The position numbers and the translations under genes are program-made. DNA of 64,000 nucleotides from Caulobacteraceae bacterium (GTDB lineage: Bacteria > Pseudomonadota > Alphaproteobacteria > Caulobacterales > Caulobacteraceae): contig CBDIPQ010000005.1 of NCBI GenBank assembly GCA_965283675.1, forward strand, positions 91,196 to 155,195, given 5' to 3'. The notes under the pieces are model-generated. The model was not told where the DNA came from and ran no database searches. It was given only the letters and a program-made list of their open reading frames with translations. Below, piece after piece: positions 42,248 through 52,127 of this stretch (position 1 is the first letter of the stretch; the number at the start of each line of letters is the position of its first letter).

Positions 42248-43434
42248 CAGAACCCCATCTGTTTGGCGGCGAGGTCGCGCAGGATCTCCTCGGAGCCGCC
42301 GCCGATGACGAAGATGCGGGCCTCGCGGTAGATGCGCTCGACGCGGTTGTCGCCGGTGTAGGCGCGGCCGCCGAGGACCTGCAGGCTCTCGCGGGCGCAA
42401 TGCTCCAGGGTGGTGGTGGCCTGGACCTTCAGCAGGGCCAGGTCGGCCACCGGCGCCTCGCCGCGCTGGAAGCGCCAGACCAGGATGTCGAGGAAGGCGT
42501 AGGCGGCCTTCAGACGCTGGATCATCTCCACGATCTTGTGGCGCATGGACTGGTGGTCGATCAGCCGCTTGCCGAAGGTCTGGCGCTCGCGGGCGAAGGC
42601 GATGGCTTCGGCGATGCAGGTGCGGGCCATCGCGAGGGTGGCCGAGATGCCGCTGAAGCGCTCGATGTTGAACTGGCTCGCCAGGCCGGCGAAGCCCCGG
42701 TTCTCGACGCCGATCAGGTTGCTGACCGGGACCTCGACGTTCTCGAACTGAAGCCAGCCGTTGTTCTTGTTGTACCACTGCAGGCCGGGGACCGGGCCGC
42801 GGGTCACGCCCGGCCGGTCGGTCTCGATCAGCAGCATGGACAGGCCGCCCATGCCGGGGCCGCCGGTGCGCACGGCGGTCAGCAGGAAGTCGGCCTTCAT
42901 GGCGCCCGAGATCAGGGTCTTGCCGCCGTTGACGACGAAGACGTCGCCGCGGCGTTCGGCCGTGGTGGTGAAGCCCGAGACGTCGGAGCCGCCGCCGGGC
43001 TCGGTGACCGCGAAGGCGATCTTCTTCTGACCTGCCAGCACCGGCCGGGCGACGCGGTCCAGCATCTCGGGCGTTCCGCCGTTGATGATCGGCGGCAGGG
43101 CGATCCAGGGGGTGGCGAGATCGGCGAAGACGACGCCGGAGCCGAGCCGGAAGAACTCCTCGGCGTAGATGATGCGGTGGTAGAGGTCGACGTCCTCGCC
43201 GGTCCCGCCCAGATCCTCGCGGAAGCCCATGCCGGAGATGCCGGCCCTGGCCGCCTCGACATAGAGGCTGTCGGGGAAGTCGGAGGCGGCGTCCCAGTCC
43301 TTCAGGTGGGGCGCGATATGGCTGTCCACGAAGCCGCGCAGCTGGGCCCGCCAGGCGTCGTGCTCGGGCGTCAGGAAGGGGCTGGGCGGCCGCAGGCCGT
43401 CAAAGTCCAGCGCTGGAAACACGTGATCCGCCAT
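42247..43434 (-). CDS. Acyl-CoA dehydrogenase
   Basis: AFAVTEPGGGSD, VNGGKTLISG, RQTFGKRL, IGGGSEEI. Confidence 0.95.
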   Translation of the reverse strand: MADHVFPALDFDGLRPPSPFLTPEHDAWRAQLRGFVDSHIAPHLKDWDAASDFPDSLYVEAARAGISGMGFREDLGGTGEDVDLYHRIIYAEEFFRLGSGVVFADLATPWIALPPIINGGTPEMLDRVARPVLAGQKKIAFAVTEPGGGSDVSGFTTTAERRGDVFVVNGGKTLISGAMKADFLLTAVRTGGPGMGGLSMLLIETDRPGVTRGPVPGLQWYNKNNGWLQFENVEVPVSNLIGVENRGFAGLASQFNIERFSGISATLAMARTCIAEAIAFARERQTFGKRLIDHQSMRHKIVEMIQRLKAAYAFLDILVWRFQRGEAPVADLALLKVQATTTLEHCARESLQVLGGRAYTGDNRVERIYREARIFVIGGGSEEILRDLAAKQMGF

Positions 43435-43467
43435 AGTCCTGTTCTCCCTGTCCGCGCCATTCGCGGC

Positions 43468-43489
43468 GTCGCTTTCGAATTGATACTAA
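43468..43489 (+). promoter_or_regulatory. Cluster-wide operator motif copy
   Basis: GTCGCTTTC GAATTG ATACTAA; 18 of 22 positions identical to the copy at 29642. Confidence 0.75.
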
Positions 43490-43569
43490 AAGCCCTCGCC
43501 AACGACGACAAGGATGGTATTCTAACGCAACCCACTATGTTCCGGGCGAGCGCCCGCAAGGAGTGATCG

Positions 43570-45033
43570 ATGGGCTTTGAACCGTTCAAGGCGACGCTGC
43601 AGCCGAACGAGCATCCCTACATGACCGGCGCCTGGACGCCGCAGCATGAGGAGTTCACGGCCGAGGACATGCCGGTGATCGGGACCATCCCCACCGACAT
43701 CGACGGCGTCTATGTGCGCAACACCGAGAACCCGGTGCATGACCCGATCGGCCGCTATCACCCGTTCGACGGCGACGGGATGATCCACACCATGGTGCTG
43801 CGGGACGGCAAGGCCGCCTATCGCAACCGCTTCGTGCGCACCAAGGGCTTCCTGGCCGAACAGGCGGCGGGACGGGCGCTGTGGGCCGGACTGGCCGAGC
43901 ATCCGTCGCTGTCGGAATTGCCGGGCTGGGGCGCCCGGGGGGCTGAGGATTCGTCCTCGACCGACGTGATCATTCACGCCGGGGCGATCCTTTCGACCTT
44001 CTACCAGTGCGGCGAGGGTTATCGCCTTGATCCCTATACGATGGAGCAGCTGCCCAGCGCCGACTGGTGTCCGCCCGAGGGCATTTCGGCCCACCCCAAG
44101 GTGGACGAGAAGACCGGCGAGCTGCTGTTCTTCAACTACTCCAAGGCCGCGCCGCACATGCACTACGGCGTGGTCGGGCCGGACAACAAGCTGAAGCATT
44201 TCACGCCCGTGCCGCTGCCGGGCGCGCGCCTGCCGCACGACATGGCGTTCACGACCAACTATTCGATCCTCAACGACTTCCCGCTGTTCTGGGAAGAGGA
44301 CCTGCTGCCCAAGGGCATCCACGCGGCGCGGTTCCACGCCGACATGAAGTCGCGCTTCGGCATCATTCCGCGCTTCGGCGGGGCCGAGGACGTGCGCTGG
44401 TTCGAGGCCGACGCGACCTATGTGCTGCACTTCCTGAACGCCTGGGAAGACGGCGACGAGATCGTCATGGACGGCTATTTCCAGGACAATCCGGTGCCGA
44501 AAACCAGCCCGGACGCCTGGCCGGGTCATGAGCGGATCATGACCTTCCTGGACCAGAACATGCTGCAGCCGAAACTGCACCGCTGGCGCTTCAACCTGAA
44601 GACCGGCGCGACGACCGAGCAGCGGCTGGACGACCGGGTGCTGGAGTTCGGCGTCATCAACAACCAGTTCGCCGGCGTGAAGTACAAATACGCCTACAGC
44701 GCCGTGTCCAAGCCCGGCTGGTTCCTGTTCACCGGCCTGGTGAAGCACGACATGGACACGGGCGAGAGCTGGACCGTCGATTTCGGCCCGGAGCGCTACG
44801 GCTCGGAGCCCGGCTTCGCCCCGCGCATCGGCGCGACGGAAGAGGACGACGGCTATCTGATCACCTATGTCACCGACATGATCGAGAACCGGTCGGAGTG
44901 CGTGATCTATGATGCGCGCAAGCCGGCCGAGGGGCCGGTGGCGCGGATCATGCTGCCCGGCCGGATGTCCAGCGGGACCCACGCGACCTGGTCGCAGGGC
45001 GAAACCATCCGCGCCTCTCAGGCGGCGGCGTAA
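43570..45033 (+). CDS. Carotenoid-cleavage-oxygenase (RPE65/CCO) family dioxygenase 1
   Basis: RNTENP, HPFDGDGM, YRNRFV; four iron-ligand His motifs SAHPK, PHDM, VLHF, GTHATW. Confidence 0.93.
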   Translation: MGFEPFKATLQPNEHPYMTGAWTPQHEEFTAEDMPVIGTIPTDIDGVYVRNTENPVHDPIGRYHPFDGDGMIHTMVLRDGKAAYRNRFVRTKGFLAEQAAGRALWAGLAEHPSLSELPGWGARGAEDSSSTDVIIHAGAILSTFYQCGEGYRLDPYTMEQLPSADWCPPEGISAHPKVDEKTGELLFFNYSKAAPHMHYGVVGPDNKLKHFTPVPLPGARLPHDMAFTTNYSILNDFPLFWEEDLLPKGIHAARFHADMKSRFGIIPRFGGAEDVRWFEADATYVLHFLNAWEDGDEIVMDGYFQDNPVPKTSPDAWPGHERIMTFLDQNMLQPKLHRWRFNLKTGATTEQRLDDRVLEFGVINNQFAGVKYKYAYSAVSKPGWFLFTGLVKHDMDTGESWTVDFGPERYGSEPGFAPRIGATEEDDGYLITYVTDMIENRSECVIYDARKPAEGPVARIMLPGRMSSGTHATWSQGETIRASQAAA

Positions 45034-45045
45034 GGGAGCGAAGCC

Positions 45046-46263
45046 ATGACCTACATCCTGGGCGGCTGGCAGTCGGACTTCGCGCGCAACTACGCCCGCG
45101 AGGGACTGGAGATCGGCGACGGCTTCGCGGAGGCCGTGCACGGCGCCCTGGCGGAGACGGGACTGGATCCGGAGGACATCGAGGTCGGCCACGTCGGCAA
45201 TTTCGTCGGCGACCTGTTCACGGGCCAGGGCATGCTGGGCGGCTTCTTCGCCATGGCGGACGAGCGGTTCACCGGCATGCCCGCGTCGCGCCATGAAGCG
45301 GCCTGCGCCTCGGGCAGCCTGGCCGTGCTGGCCGCCGCCGCCGACATCGAGGCGGGCCGCTACGGCACGGCGATGGTGCTGGGCATGGAGATGATGCGGA
45401 ATGTGCCGGGCGTGACGGCGGCCGAGCACCTGGGCGCCGCCGCCTGGGCCGGGCACGAGTATCTGGACGCGACCTATCCGTGGCCGCGCGCCTTCTCGGA
45501 CCTGACCGAGGAATACGATCGCCGCTACGGCATCGACGAACAGCATCTGCGCCGGATCGCGCAGGTCAATTTCGCCAACGCCAAGAACAACAAAAACGCC
45601 CAAACCAGAAAATACGAATTCACCGCCGCCAGCTTCAGCAATGATGACGAGGCCAATCCGGTGATCGAGGGGCGGGTGCGCAAGACCGACTGCGGTCAGG
45701 TGACGGACGGCGCCGCCGCCATCATCCTGGCCTCGCCGGAACGGGCCGCCGAATATGCGAAGGCGCGGGGCGTTCCGCTGGAGAGCCTGCCGCGCATCAA
45801 GGGCTGGGGCCACCGCTGCGCGCCGATCGACTATGGCCGCAAGATCAAGGCCAGCGAGGGGCAGCCCTATGTCTTCCCGCAGGTGAAGCGGGCCATCGAC
45901 GACGCCCGCGCCCGGGCCGGTCTGGACCTGTCGGGCATCGATGCGGTGGAGACCCACGACTGCTTCTCGATGACCGAGTACATGGCCATCGACCATCTGG
46001 GCCTGACCGCGCCGGGCGAGAGCTGGAAGGCGATCGAGGCGGGCGACATCGAGATGGGCGGCCGGCTGCCGATCAACCCGTCCGGCGGCCTGATCGGCTG
46101 CGGTCACCCGGTCGGGGCGACCGGGGTGCGAATGGCGCTGGACGCCTTCAAGCAGACGACCGGAACCGCGGGCGACATGCAGGTCGAGGGCGCGCGCAAT
46201 GTGCAGACGCTGAACATCGGCGGCTCGACCACGACGACGGTGAGCCTGGTGATCGGGACCTGA
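45046..46263 (+). CDS. SCP2-type thiolase / acetyl-CoA acetyltransferase
   Basis: RHEAACASG, VETHDCF, NPSGGLIGCGHPVGATG, NIGGS. Confidence 0.9.
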   Translation: MTYILGGWQSDFARNYAREGLEIGDGFAEAVHGALAETGLDPEDIEVGHVGNFVGDLFTGQGMLGGFFAMADERFTGMPASRHEAACASGSLAVLAAAADIEAGRYGTAMVLGMEMMRNVPGVTAAEHLGAAAWAGHEYLDATYPWPRAFSDLTEEYDRRYGIDEQHLRRIAQVNFANAKNNKNAQTRKYEFTAASFSNDDEANPVIEGRVRKTDCGQVTDGAAAIILASPERAAEYAKARGVPLESLPRIKGWGHRCAPIDYGRKIKASEGQPYVFPQVKRAIDDARARAGLDLSGIDAVETHDCFSMTEYMAIDHLGLTAPGESWKAIEAGDIEMGGRLPINPSGGLIGCGHPVGATGVRMALDAFKQTTGTAGDMQVEGARNVQTLNIGGSTTTTVSLVIGT

Positions 46264-46267
46264 CGGC

Positions 46268-46308
46268 CGGACGGTCGTAAACACCGTCCGAAGCGTCCGA
46301 AGCGTCCG
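46268..46308. repeat. Hairpin plus short tandem repeat after the thiolase
   Basis: CGGACGGT-N7-ACCGTCCG, then GTCCGAAGC x2.5. Confidence 0.5.
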
Positions 46309-46388
46309 GATAGAGCTGCGCGTCGGGATGAGCATCGGCGCATCCTGGCACGCGCCTGCGTCAGGAACGGACGGATGGCTCGACTACG

Positions 46389-47347
46389 TCAAAATCGTCC
46401 TGGTCTGCCAGCAGACGGCGGCAAAGGACGCCTGATGCTGCTGCTCAGGCCCAGCAGTCCCGACGTCGGAGCCGCCCCGACGATCACGAGAGGAACGCCG
46501 CCGAGGTCCATCACCGTCTCACCGATCTCGGCGCTTGGCGGATAAAGAACGGACGGTCCCACGATCCACGGAGAATGGGCCACATCCATCACCATGTCGC
46601 GCGTGGCCGTCCTAATCCGCACGGCATGGGGCCGGGCCGGCAGGAAACGGCATGTCGCCGGGCCGAGATCGGGACGGGGCAATACCACGCTGAGCAGGTT
46701 CTCGCCGACGCTGGGAACGCACATCGCCGTCTCGCGGATCGTTTCGGCAAAGCGCGTTTCGACCTCTTCGATGGTGCAGTTCAAGCCTCCCTCGCCGCGC
46801 AATGACGCGAAGCGCGCACGGAACGCCTCGGTCGAGAGGCGCGCCCCAATGCTGTGAAGCCGGAACTCCTGTCCCTTGGCCGGGCGGCGAGGCGAACGCC
46901 GCACCGTCGTGACGCCTTCCCGACGTTCGATCTCCATGACGATAGGCCGTGCGCCATGTCGCTGCCCCTGCCATCCGGCGAGGGTGAGGTATAGGCCGTG
47001 CTTATCGACCGCCGCGGAAGCCAACCCCTTGATCGCGTGTTCAAGATGGGCCGCGGCCTGGCCGATATCGCGAAGAACAGGCGCCGGGCCGAAACTCTTC
47101 GCGGGCCGCTTCCCGTCGGGGCCGCGAGGTATGGGGCCGCCCCATAAGTCCCGGCGATCCAGTCATCCATCGGCACATCACCGACATAGGCGACGCCGGA
47201 ATAGCCGATCGACACCAGCGCATCCCTGGCGCGGTAGACGATGGTCTTGTTGGACATGACGTCGTGGGGGGCAGGCCCCACCGTAACGAGACGGTCGCTG
47301 ACCTGGACTACATAGATCGGGCACATGGCCGTGAGGACAAGCGTCAT
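46389..47347 (-). CDS. Orphan protein with proteasome-beta/Ntn-hydrolase-like N-terminus; frameshift at about 47150-47152
   Basis: MTLVL...SDRL...NK gives T1/D17/K33 after Met removal; one extra G joins ORF 46781-47347 to the frame of ORF 46389-47024. Confidence 0.6.
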
Positions 47348-47492
47348 GGCGTTCGCCCCTTCAGCGACGACAGCGTCTCACTCCAGATAGTCACCCCGAT
47401 GACGCTCCGCCTCCCCAGCCATGGGAATAGACGCCTGTCTTGATTTTGGCGGCGCAATCAGCGCCCACGCGCGCGGCGCCGTCATAGGACGA

Positions 47493-47975
47493 TCAGCGGG
47501 GAGAGCGGATCGACACCCCGACCGTGCCTTGCGCGATGACGAGGCCGTCGGGGGTGCTGATGGTCGCCTCGACCACGGCCTTGCGGGCGTCGTGGAAGGT
47601 CACCCGGCCGACCGTCTCCAGCCGGGCGCAGTCCATCGGGGCGGCGTTGAGGAAGCGCATCGACAGGTCGGTGGTCAGCAGGGTCTGGCCGGGCTCGAGA
47701 ATGGTCATGACGGCGCTGCCGCCCGCGACGTCCACCAGCGAGGCCAGGACCCCGCCGTGAACCAGACCCACGAAATTGGCGTGGCCGGGATCGAGATCGC
47801 AGACGATGCGGACCAGCCCTTCTTCGAACTCGACCGGCCAGGCGCCGAGCCGCTGCGGATAGCCGCCGACCGTGTCCGCCTTGCGCGCCCAGCGGCGCAG
47901 CAGTTCGAGGCCGGAAACGGTCGGGTCGAGCTCGAAGTCGACAGGCGCGACAACTCTGGCCGGAGCGGAGGTCAC
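47493..47975 (-). CDS. PaaI-family thioesterase (hotdog fold)
   Basis: HANFVGLVHGGVLASLVDVAGG, LTTDLSMRFL. Confidence 0.92.
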   Translation of the reverse strand: MTSAPARVVAPVDFELDPTVSGLELLRRWARKADTVGGYPQRLGAWPVEFEEGLVRIVCDLDPGHANFVGLVHGGVLASLVDVAGGSAVMTILEPGQTLLTTDLSMRFLNAAPMDCARLETVGRVTFHDARKAVVEATISTPDGLVIAQGTVGVSIRSPR

Positions 47976-48925
47976 GCCGCGGCCCCTTGTATCCGGCGGG
48001 CGCCCGTGCGGGTCTGGAAGCGGGCGATGGCGGCGTCGTATTCGCCGGACAGCTGGTCGACGATCTTGCTGACCGGCTCGACGGCGCGGACGGCCTCAAG
48101 CCCCTGGCCGGCGGCCCAGATATCGCGCCAGCGCTTGGTCGAGCCGCCCGAGGTGTAGTTGCGGTCCGGGGCGGCGCCGAGGTTGTCGGGATCCTGGCCG
48201 GCGGCCAGCAGGCTGGGGCGCAGCCACGAGGCCGGGGTGCCGGTGACCGAGGCGGAGACGACCAGATCGTCGGGACCCGCGTCCACGACCATCTGCTTGT
48301 ACTCCGGCTGGGCCATGCTCTCTTCGGAGGCCAGGAAGCGCGTCCCCATGTAGACGAAGTCCGCGCCCGCCGCGACGGCGCCGGCCACGCCCGCCCCATC
48401 GCCGATCCCGCCGCCGACCGCGATATAGCCGTCGAAGAAGTCGCGCACCGCCGAGATGAAGGCGAAGGGCGACAGGTGGCCGGTGTGGCCGCCGGCGCCG
48501 GCGCTGACGCAGGCCAGGCCGTCAACGCCCGCCTCGGCCGCCTTCTTCGCCAGCTTCATCGAGACGACGTCGGCGAAGACCAGGCCGCCGTAGCCCTTGA
48601 CCGTCTCCATGACCGGCTTCGGAGATCCGAGGGCGGTGATCACGACCGGCGGCTTGTATTCGGCGATCAGGCGCAGGTCCTCAGGGAGCCGGGCGTTGGT
48701 CGAGTGGGTGATCATGTTGGCGATCCACGGGGCGTCGCCCGGCTTCAGCGCGTCGGTGATCGTGCCCATCCACGCATCCAGGTCCTCGACCGTGCGGCAG
48801 TTGGGGGTGGGGAAGGCCCCGCCCACGCCGGCCCTGCAGGCGGCGATGACCAGTTCCGGCCCGCTGATCAGGAACATGGGCGCCGCGAATACGGGCAGGC
48901 GCAGGGTGTCGAAGGGGGAGGTCAT
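47972..48925 (-). CDS. Nitronate monooxygenase / FabK-like FMN oxidoreductase
   Basis: AAPMFLISG, AGAGGHTG, GGIGDG, YMGTRF; ATGA overlap fixes the start at 48925. Confidence 0.9.
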   Translation of the reverse strand: MTSPFDTLRLPVFAAPMFLISGPELVIAACRAGVGGAFPTPNCRTVEDLDAWMGTITDALKPGDAPWIANMITHSTNARLPEDLRLIAEYKPPVVITALGSPKPVMETVKGYGGLVFADVVSMKLAKKAAEAGVDGLACVSAGAGGHTGHLSPFAFISAVRDFFDGYIAVGGGIGDGAGVAGAVAAGADFVYMGTRFLASEESMAQPEYKQMVVDAGPDDLVVSASVTGTPASWLRPSLLAAGQDPDNLGAAPDRNYTSGGSTKRWRDIWAAGQGLEAVRAVEPVSKIVDQLSGEYDAAIARFQTRTGARRIQGAAA

Positions 48926-50640
48926 GCGGACAGGGTCTCGGTGGTGACGCGTTGGCGCAGATCCCGCTTGAGGATCTTGCCGACTGGATTGCGGGGGAGG
49001 GCCTCGATGGTCTCGAGGCGTTCGATCTGCTTGTAGACGGCGACCTGGCGGTCGCCGGTCAGGAAGGCGTTGATCTCGGCCAGGGTCGCTTGCTGGCCGG
49101 GACGGAAGACGACGAAGGCCGCGAGCCGCTCGCCCAGATTGGGATCCGGTGCGCCGACGACGGCGGCCTCGGCGACGGCGGGGTGGGCCATCAGGTGGTT
49201 CTCGATCTCCTCGGAGGAGATGTTCATGCCGCCGCGGATGATGATGTCCTTCAGCCGGCCGACGAATTTCAGGTGCTGCCTGCGGTCGCCGGCCAGCTCG
49301 AACAGGTCGCCGGTGCGGAACCAGCCGTCGGCGTCGAAGGCGCGGGCGTTGATCTCGGGCGCGCGCCAGTAGCCGGAGAAGATGGTGGCGCCCTTGACCC
49401 GCAGCTCGCCGGGCAGGCCGGCGTCGGTGATCTCCTGTTCGGTCTCGGGATCGACCAGGCGGGTGAAGATGCGGTCGTGCAGCTTGCAGGCCCATGTGAA
49501 GCCCTCGCCGAGGCGGGGGAACAGGCTGGCGCGGTCGGCGGCCTCGGGCAGGTCCTTCAGCGCCGACGGGAAGGAGGCCCCCTCGTTGGAGCCGAAATAG
49601 TTGACGATCTGGACCCCGTATTTTTCGTGGAAGGTCCGCACCATCCACTCCGACAGGGGCGCTGAGCCCGAGCCGATGGACTTCAGCCGCTTGAAGTCGA
49701 TGCCCTCCAGCAGGGCTTCGTTCTGGAGGAGCAGGTTCAGCACGGCGGGCGGGGCGACGGTGTAGTCGATCCTCTCGTCGCGCATCTGTTTGAGCAGGAC
49801 CTGCAGGTCGAACGGATGGTGCTGGATCAGCACCCCGCCGAGCAGCAGCCAGCCGATGAAGGCGGTGGAGATGCCGCCCATGTTGACCATCGGGAAGGGG
49901 TTCAGCAGGCGCGCGCCGGGGGCCAGGTCGGCGGCGTCGATGACGCCGTCGCCCATGATGATCCATTCGTTGTGGCTGCGCGGCACGCCCTTGGGCTGGG
50001 CCTCGGTGCCGGAGGTCCAGCAGATGGTGACGATGTCATCGGCGGTGATGGCCGCAGCCTTCGCCGCCTTCTGCGCGGCCTTGTGCTGGTCGCGGGTGAC
50101 GCCGTCCATCAAGGGCTCGAGGTCGAGACCGCCCTCGGGGCAGGTCTGGCCCAGGACGAAGACGGTCTTCAGGGTCGGGCAGGTCGCCTTGAGGCCGACG
50201 ATCATCTCGCCGTGCATCTGCTTGCCGATGCGGTCGTTGGTGATGGCGGCGACGGCGTCGGTCTGGCCGATGATGTAGCCCAGCTCGTGCTCGCGGTACT
50301 GGACCGGGGCGGGGCTGACGATGATCCCCAGCCGCAGGCAGGCCAGGTAGCTGATGGTCAGCTCGGCGATGTTGGGCAGCTGGACCACGACCACGTCGTC
50401 CTTGCGGATTCCATGGGCGGTCAGGACGGCGCAGAGGCGATCGACCGCGTCGGCGGTCTGGCGCCAGGTCAGGCGCTCGGCGGTCCCGCCGACGAAGTCC
50501 GGGGCGTTGAACGGATCGACCAGGGCCTCGGCGTCCGGATGGGCCTTCACATGCTTCTGGAACAGGTCGTCCAGGGTGACGTCGCCCCACCAGCCACGGG
50601 CCTTCATCTCGCGGATGCGGTGTTCGGGAATGACGATCAT
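48922..50640 (-). CDS. Acyl-CoA synthetase (cyclohexanecarboxylate/2,3-DHB-ligase-like)
   Basis: WTSGTEAQPKG, FGSNEG, WFRTGD, GRLKDIIIRGGMNI. Confidence 0.92.
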   Translation of the reverse strand: MIVIPEHRIREMKARGWWGDVTLDDLFQKHVKAHPDAEALVDPFNAPDFVGGTAERLTWRQTADAVDRLCAVLTAHGIRKDDVVVVQLPNIAELTISYLACLRLGIIVSPAPVQYREHELGYIIGQTDAVAAITNDRIGKQMHGEMIVGLKATCPTLKTVFVLGQTCPEGGLDLEPLMDGVTRDQHKAAQKAAKAAAITADDIVTICWTSGTEAQPKGVPRSHNEWIIMGDGVIDAADLAPGARLLNPFPMVNMGGISTAFIGWLLLGGVLIQHHPFDLQVLLKQMRDERIDYTVAPPAVLNLLLQNEALLEGIDFKRLKSIGSGSAPLSEWMVRTFHEKYGVQIVNYFGSNEGASFPSALKDLPEAADRASLFPRLGEGFTWACKLHDRIFTRLVDPETEQEITDAGLPGELRVKGATIFSGYWRAPEINARAFDADGWFRTGDLFELAGDRRQHLKFVGRLKDIIIRGGMNISSEEIENHLMAHPAVAEAAVVGAPDPNLGERLAAFVVFRPGQQATLAEINAFLTGDRQVAVYKQIERLETIEALPRNPVGKILKRDLRQRVTTETLSA

Positions 50641-52127
50641 GGGCGGACCTCCACGGCGAGATTGGCGTCGGGATAGAGCAGGCTGCGGACCTCGCCGCGC
50701 ACCACCTTGCCGACCGGGTTGCGGGGCAGGGCGGGCATGAGGTGCAGGCGTTTGGGCGTGCGGACGGGGCCGATGGCCTCGCGCACGAAGGCGCGGATGG
50801 CGGCGTCGTCAACGAAGCGGGCGTCGACGGCCACGGCGGCCTCCAGGCGCTCACCCCAGACGTCGTCGGGCAGGCCGAAGGCGCAGGCCTCGCGCACCGC
50901 CGGGTGGGCGTTCAGGGCGGCCTCGACCTCGCCGGGATAGACGTTGTAGCCGCCGGTGATGATCAGCTCCTTGGAACGGCCGATCAGGGTCAGGCGGCCG
51001 TCGGGGCCGATACGGCCGATGTCGCCGGTCTTCAGCCAGCCGTCGTGCCGGGTCGCCGCGGTCAGCTCGGGCGCGTCCAGGTATTCGGTGCGGGCCAGGT
51101 CGCCGCCGACCACCACCTCGCCTTCGCCGCGTGACAGCACCTGGCCCTCGCGGGTCAGCAGGCCGACGGGCGTGCCGGGGAAGGGACGGCCGACGGAGCC
51201 GCGCAGGTCAGGGTCAGCCATGTCGGCGGGGTTCTGGCCGGTGATGGCCATCGGCGCTTCGGTCTGGCCGTAGAGGGCCGACAGCACCGGGCCGAAGCGG
51301 CAGACCGCCTGGGCGATGCGGCCCGGCGACATGGGGGCGGCGGAATAGGTCAGGTGGCGCAGGCGCGGGAAGTCTTCGGGCCGGAAGTCGGTCTCGCCCA
51401 TCATCAGGGCGATCAGGGTGGGCGGCATGAAGACGACGGTGGTCCGGCGCTTCAGCTCATCGAGGATGGCGGCGCGGTCGGGCGTGGCCAGCAGGACGTG
51501 CGATCCGCCCGCCGCCAGCACCGGCAGGATGTAGTGGGACGAGCCGTGGGTCAGGGGCGCGACGGCCAGGTTCACGTCGTCGGCGGTGAAGTCGTAGAAG
51601 CCCTGCAGCGAGCGGAGGGCCGCCGCGCCGCTGGCCTGGGACTGGACCACGCCCTTGGGCACGCCGGTGGAGCCGCCGGTGAACTTCAGCGCGAAGGGGG
51701 CGGCCGGGTCGTCGAGGATCGCGGGCGGGGCGGCGTCGGGCAGGCTGTCCAGCCAGGCCTCGAGCGGCAGGGGGCGGGCGGTGGAGCCCAGCGCGCCGAC
51801 CGAGCCGACATCATGCAGGGTGAGAGCCAGGCTCGCGCGGCGCTGGAAGTCGCCATTCAGGCCTGCGCCGTTGCGGGGATTGAGCGGCGTCCACACCGCG
51901 TTGGCGCGCAGGATGGCGAGGTAGGCGACGACGTGGCGCCAGCTGTTGGCGGCGCACAGGCCGACGCGGTCGCCGGGCTGGATCCCGCGCGCGGTCAGGT
52001 CGGCGGCGGCGCGCTCGACCAGGGGGATCAGTTCGCCGTGGGTCAGGACCGTGTCGCCGTCGAACACGGCGGAGCGACCGGCCTTGGCGGCGGCGTTCTC
52101 GTAGAGGGCGCGGATCGGATGGGTCAT
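50637..52127 (-). CDS. Acyl-CoA synthetase (fatty-acid-CoA-ligase-like)
   Basis: FTGGSTGVPKG, YGQTE, WLKTGD, GRSKELIITGGYNVYP; ATGA overlap gives start 52127. Confidence 0.92.
   Translation of the reverse strand: MTHPIRALYENAAAKAGRSAVFDGDTVLTHGELIPLVERAAADLTARGIQPGDRVGLCAANSWRHVVAYLAILRANAVWTPLNPRNGAGLNGDFQRRASLALTLHDVGSVGALGSTARPLPLEAWLDSLPDAAPPAILDDPAAPFALKFTGGSTGVPKGVVQSQASGAAALRSLQGFYDFTADDVNLAVAPLTHGSSHYILPVLAAGGSHVLLATPDRAAILDELKRRTTVVFMPPTLIALMMGETDFRPEDFPRLRHLTYSAAPMSPGRIAQAVCRFGPVLSALYGQTEAPMAITGQNPADMADPDLRGSVGRPFPGTPVGLLTREGQVLSRGEGEVVVGGDLARTEYLDAPELTAATRHDGWLKTGDIGRIGPDGRLTLIGRSKELIITGGYNVYPGEVEAALNAHPAVREACAFGLPDDVWGERLEAAVAVDARFVDDAAIRAFVREAIGPVRTPKRLHLMPALPRNPVGKVVRGEVRSLLYPDANLAVEVRP

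Noticed and set aside
43522-46335. 937-aa minus-strand ORF
   Set aside because: Antisense shadow of the dioxygenase and thiolase genes, expected in high-GC coding DNA; no motifs
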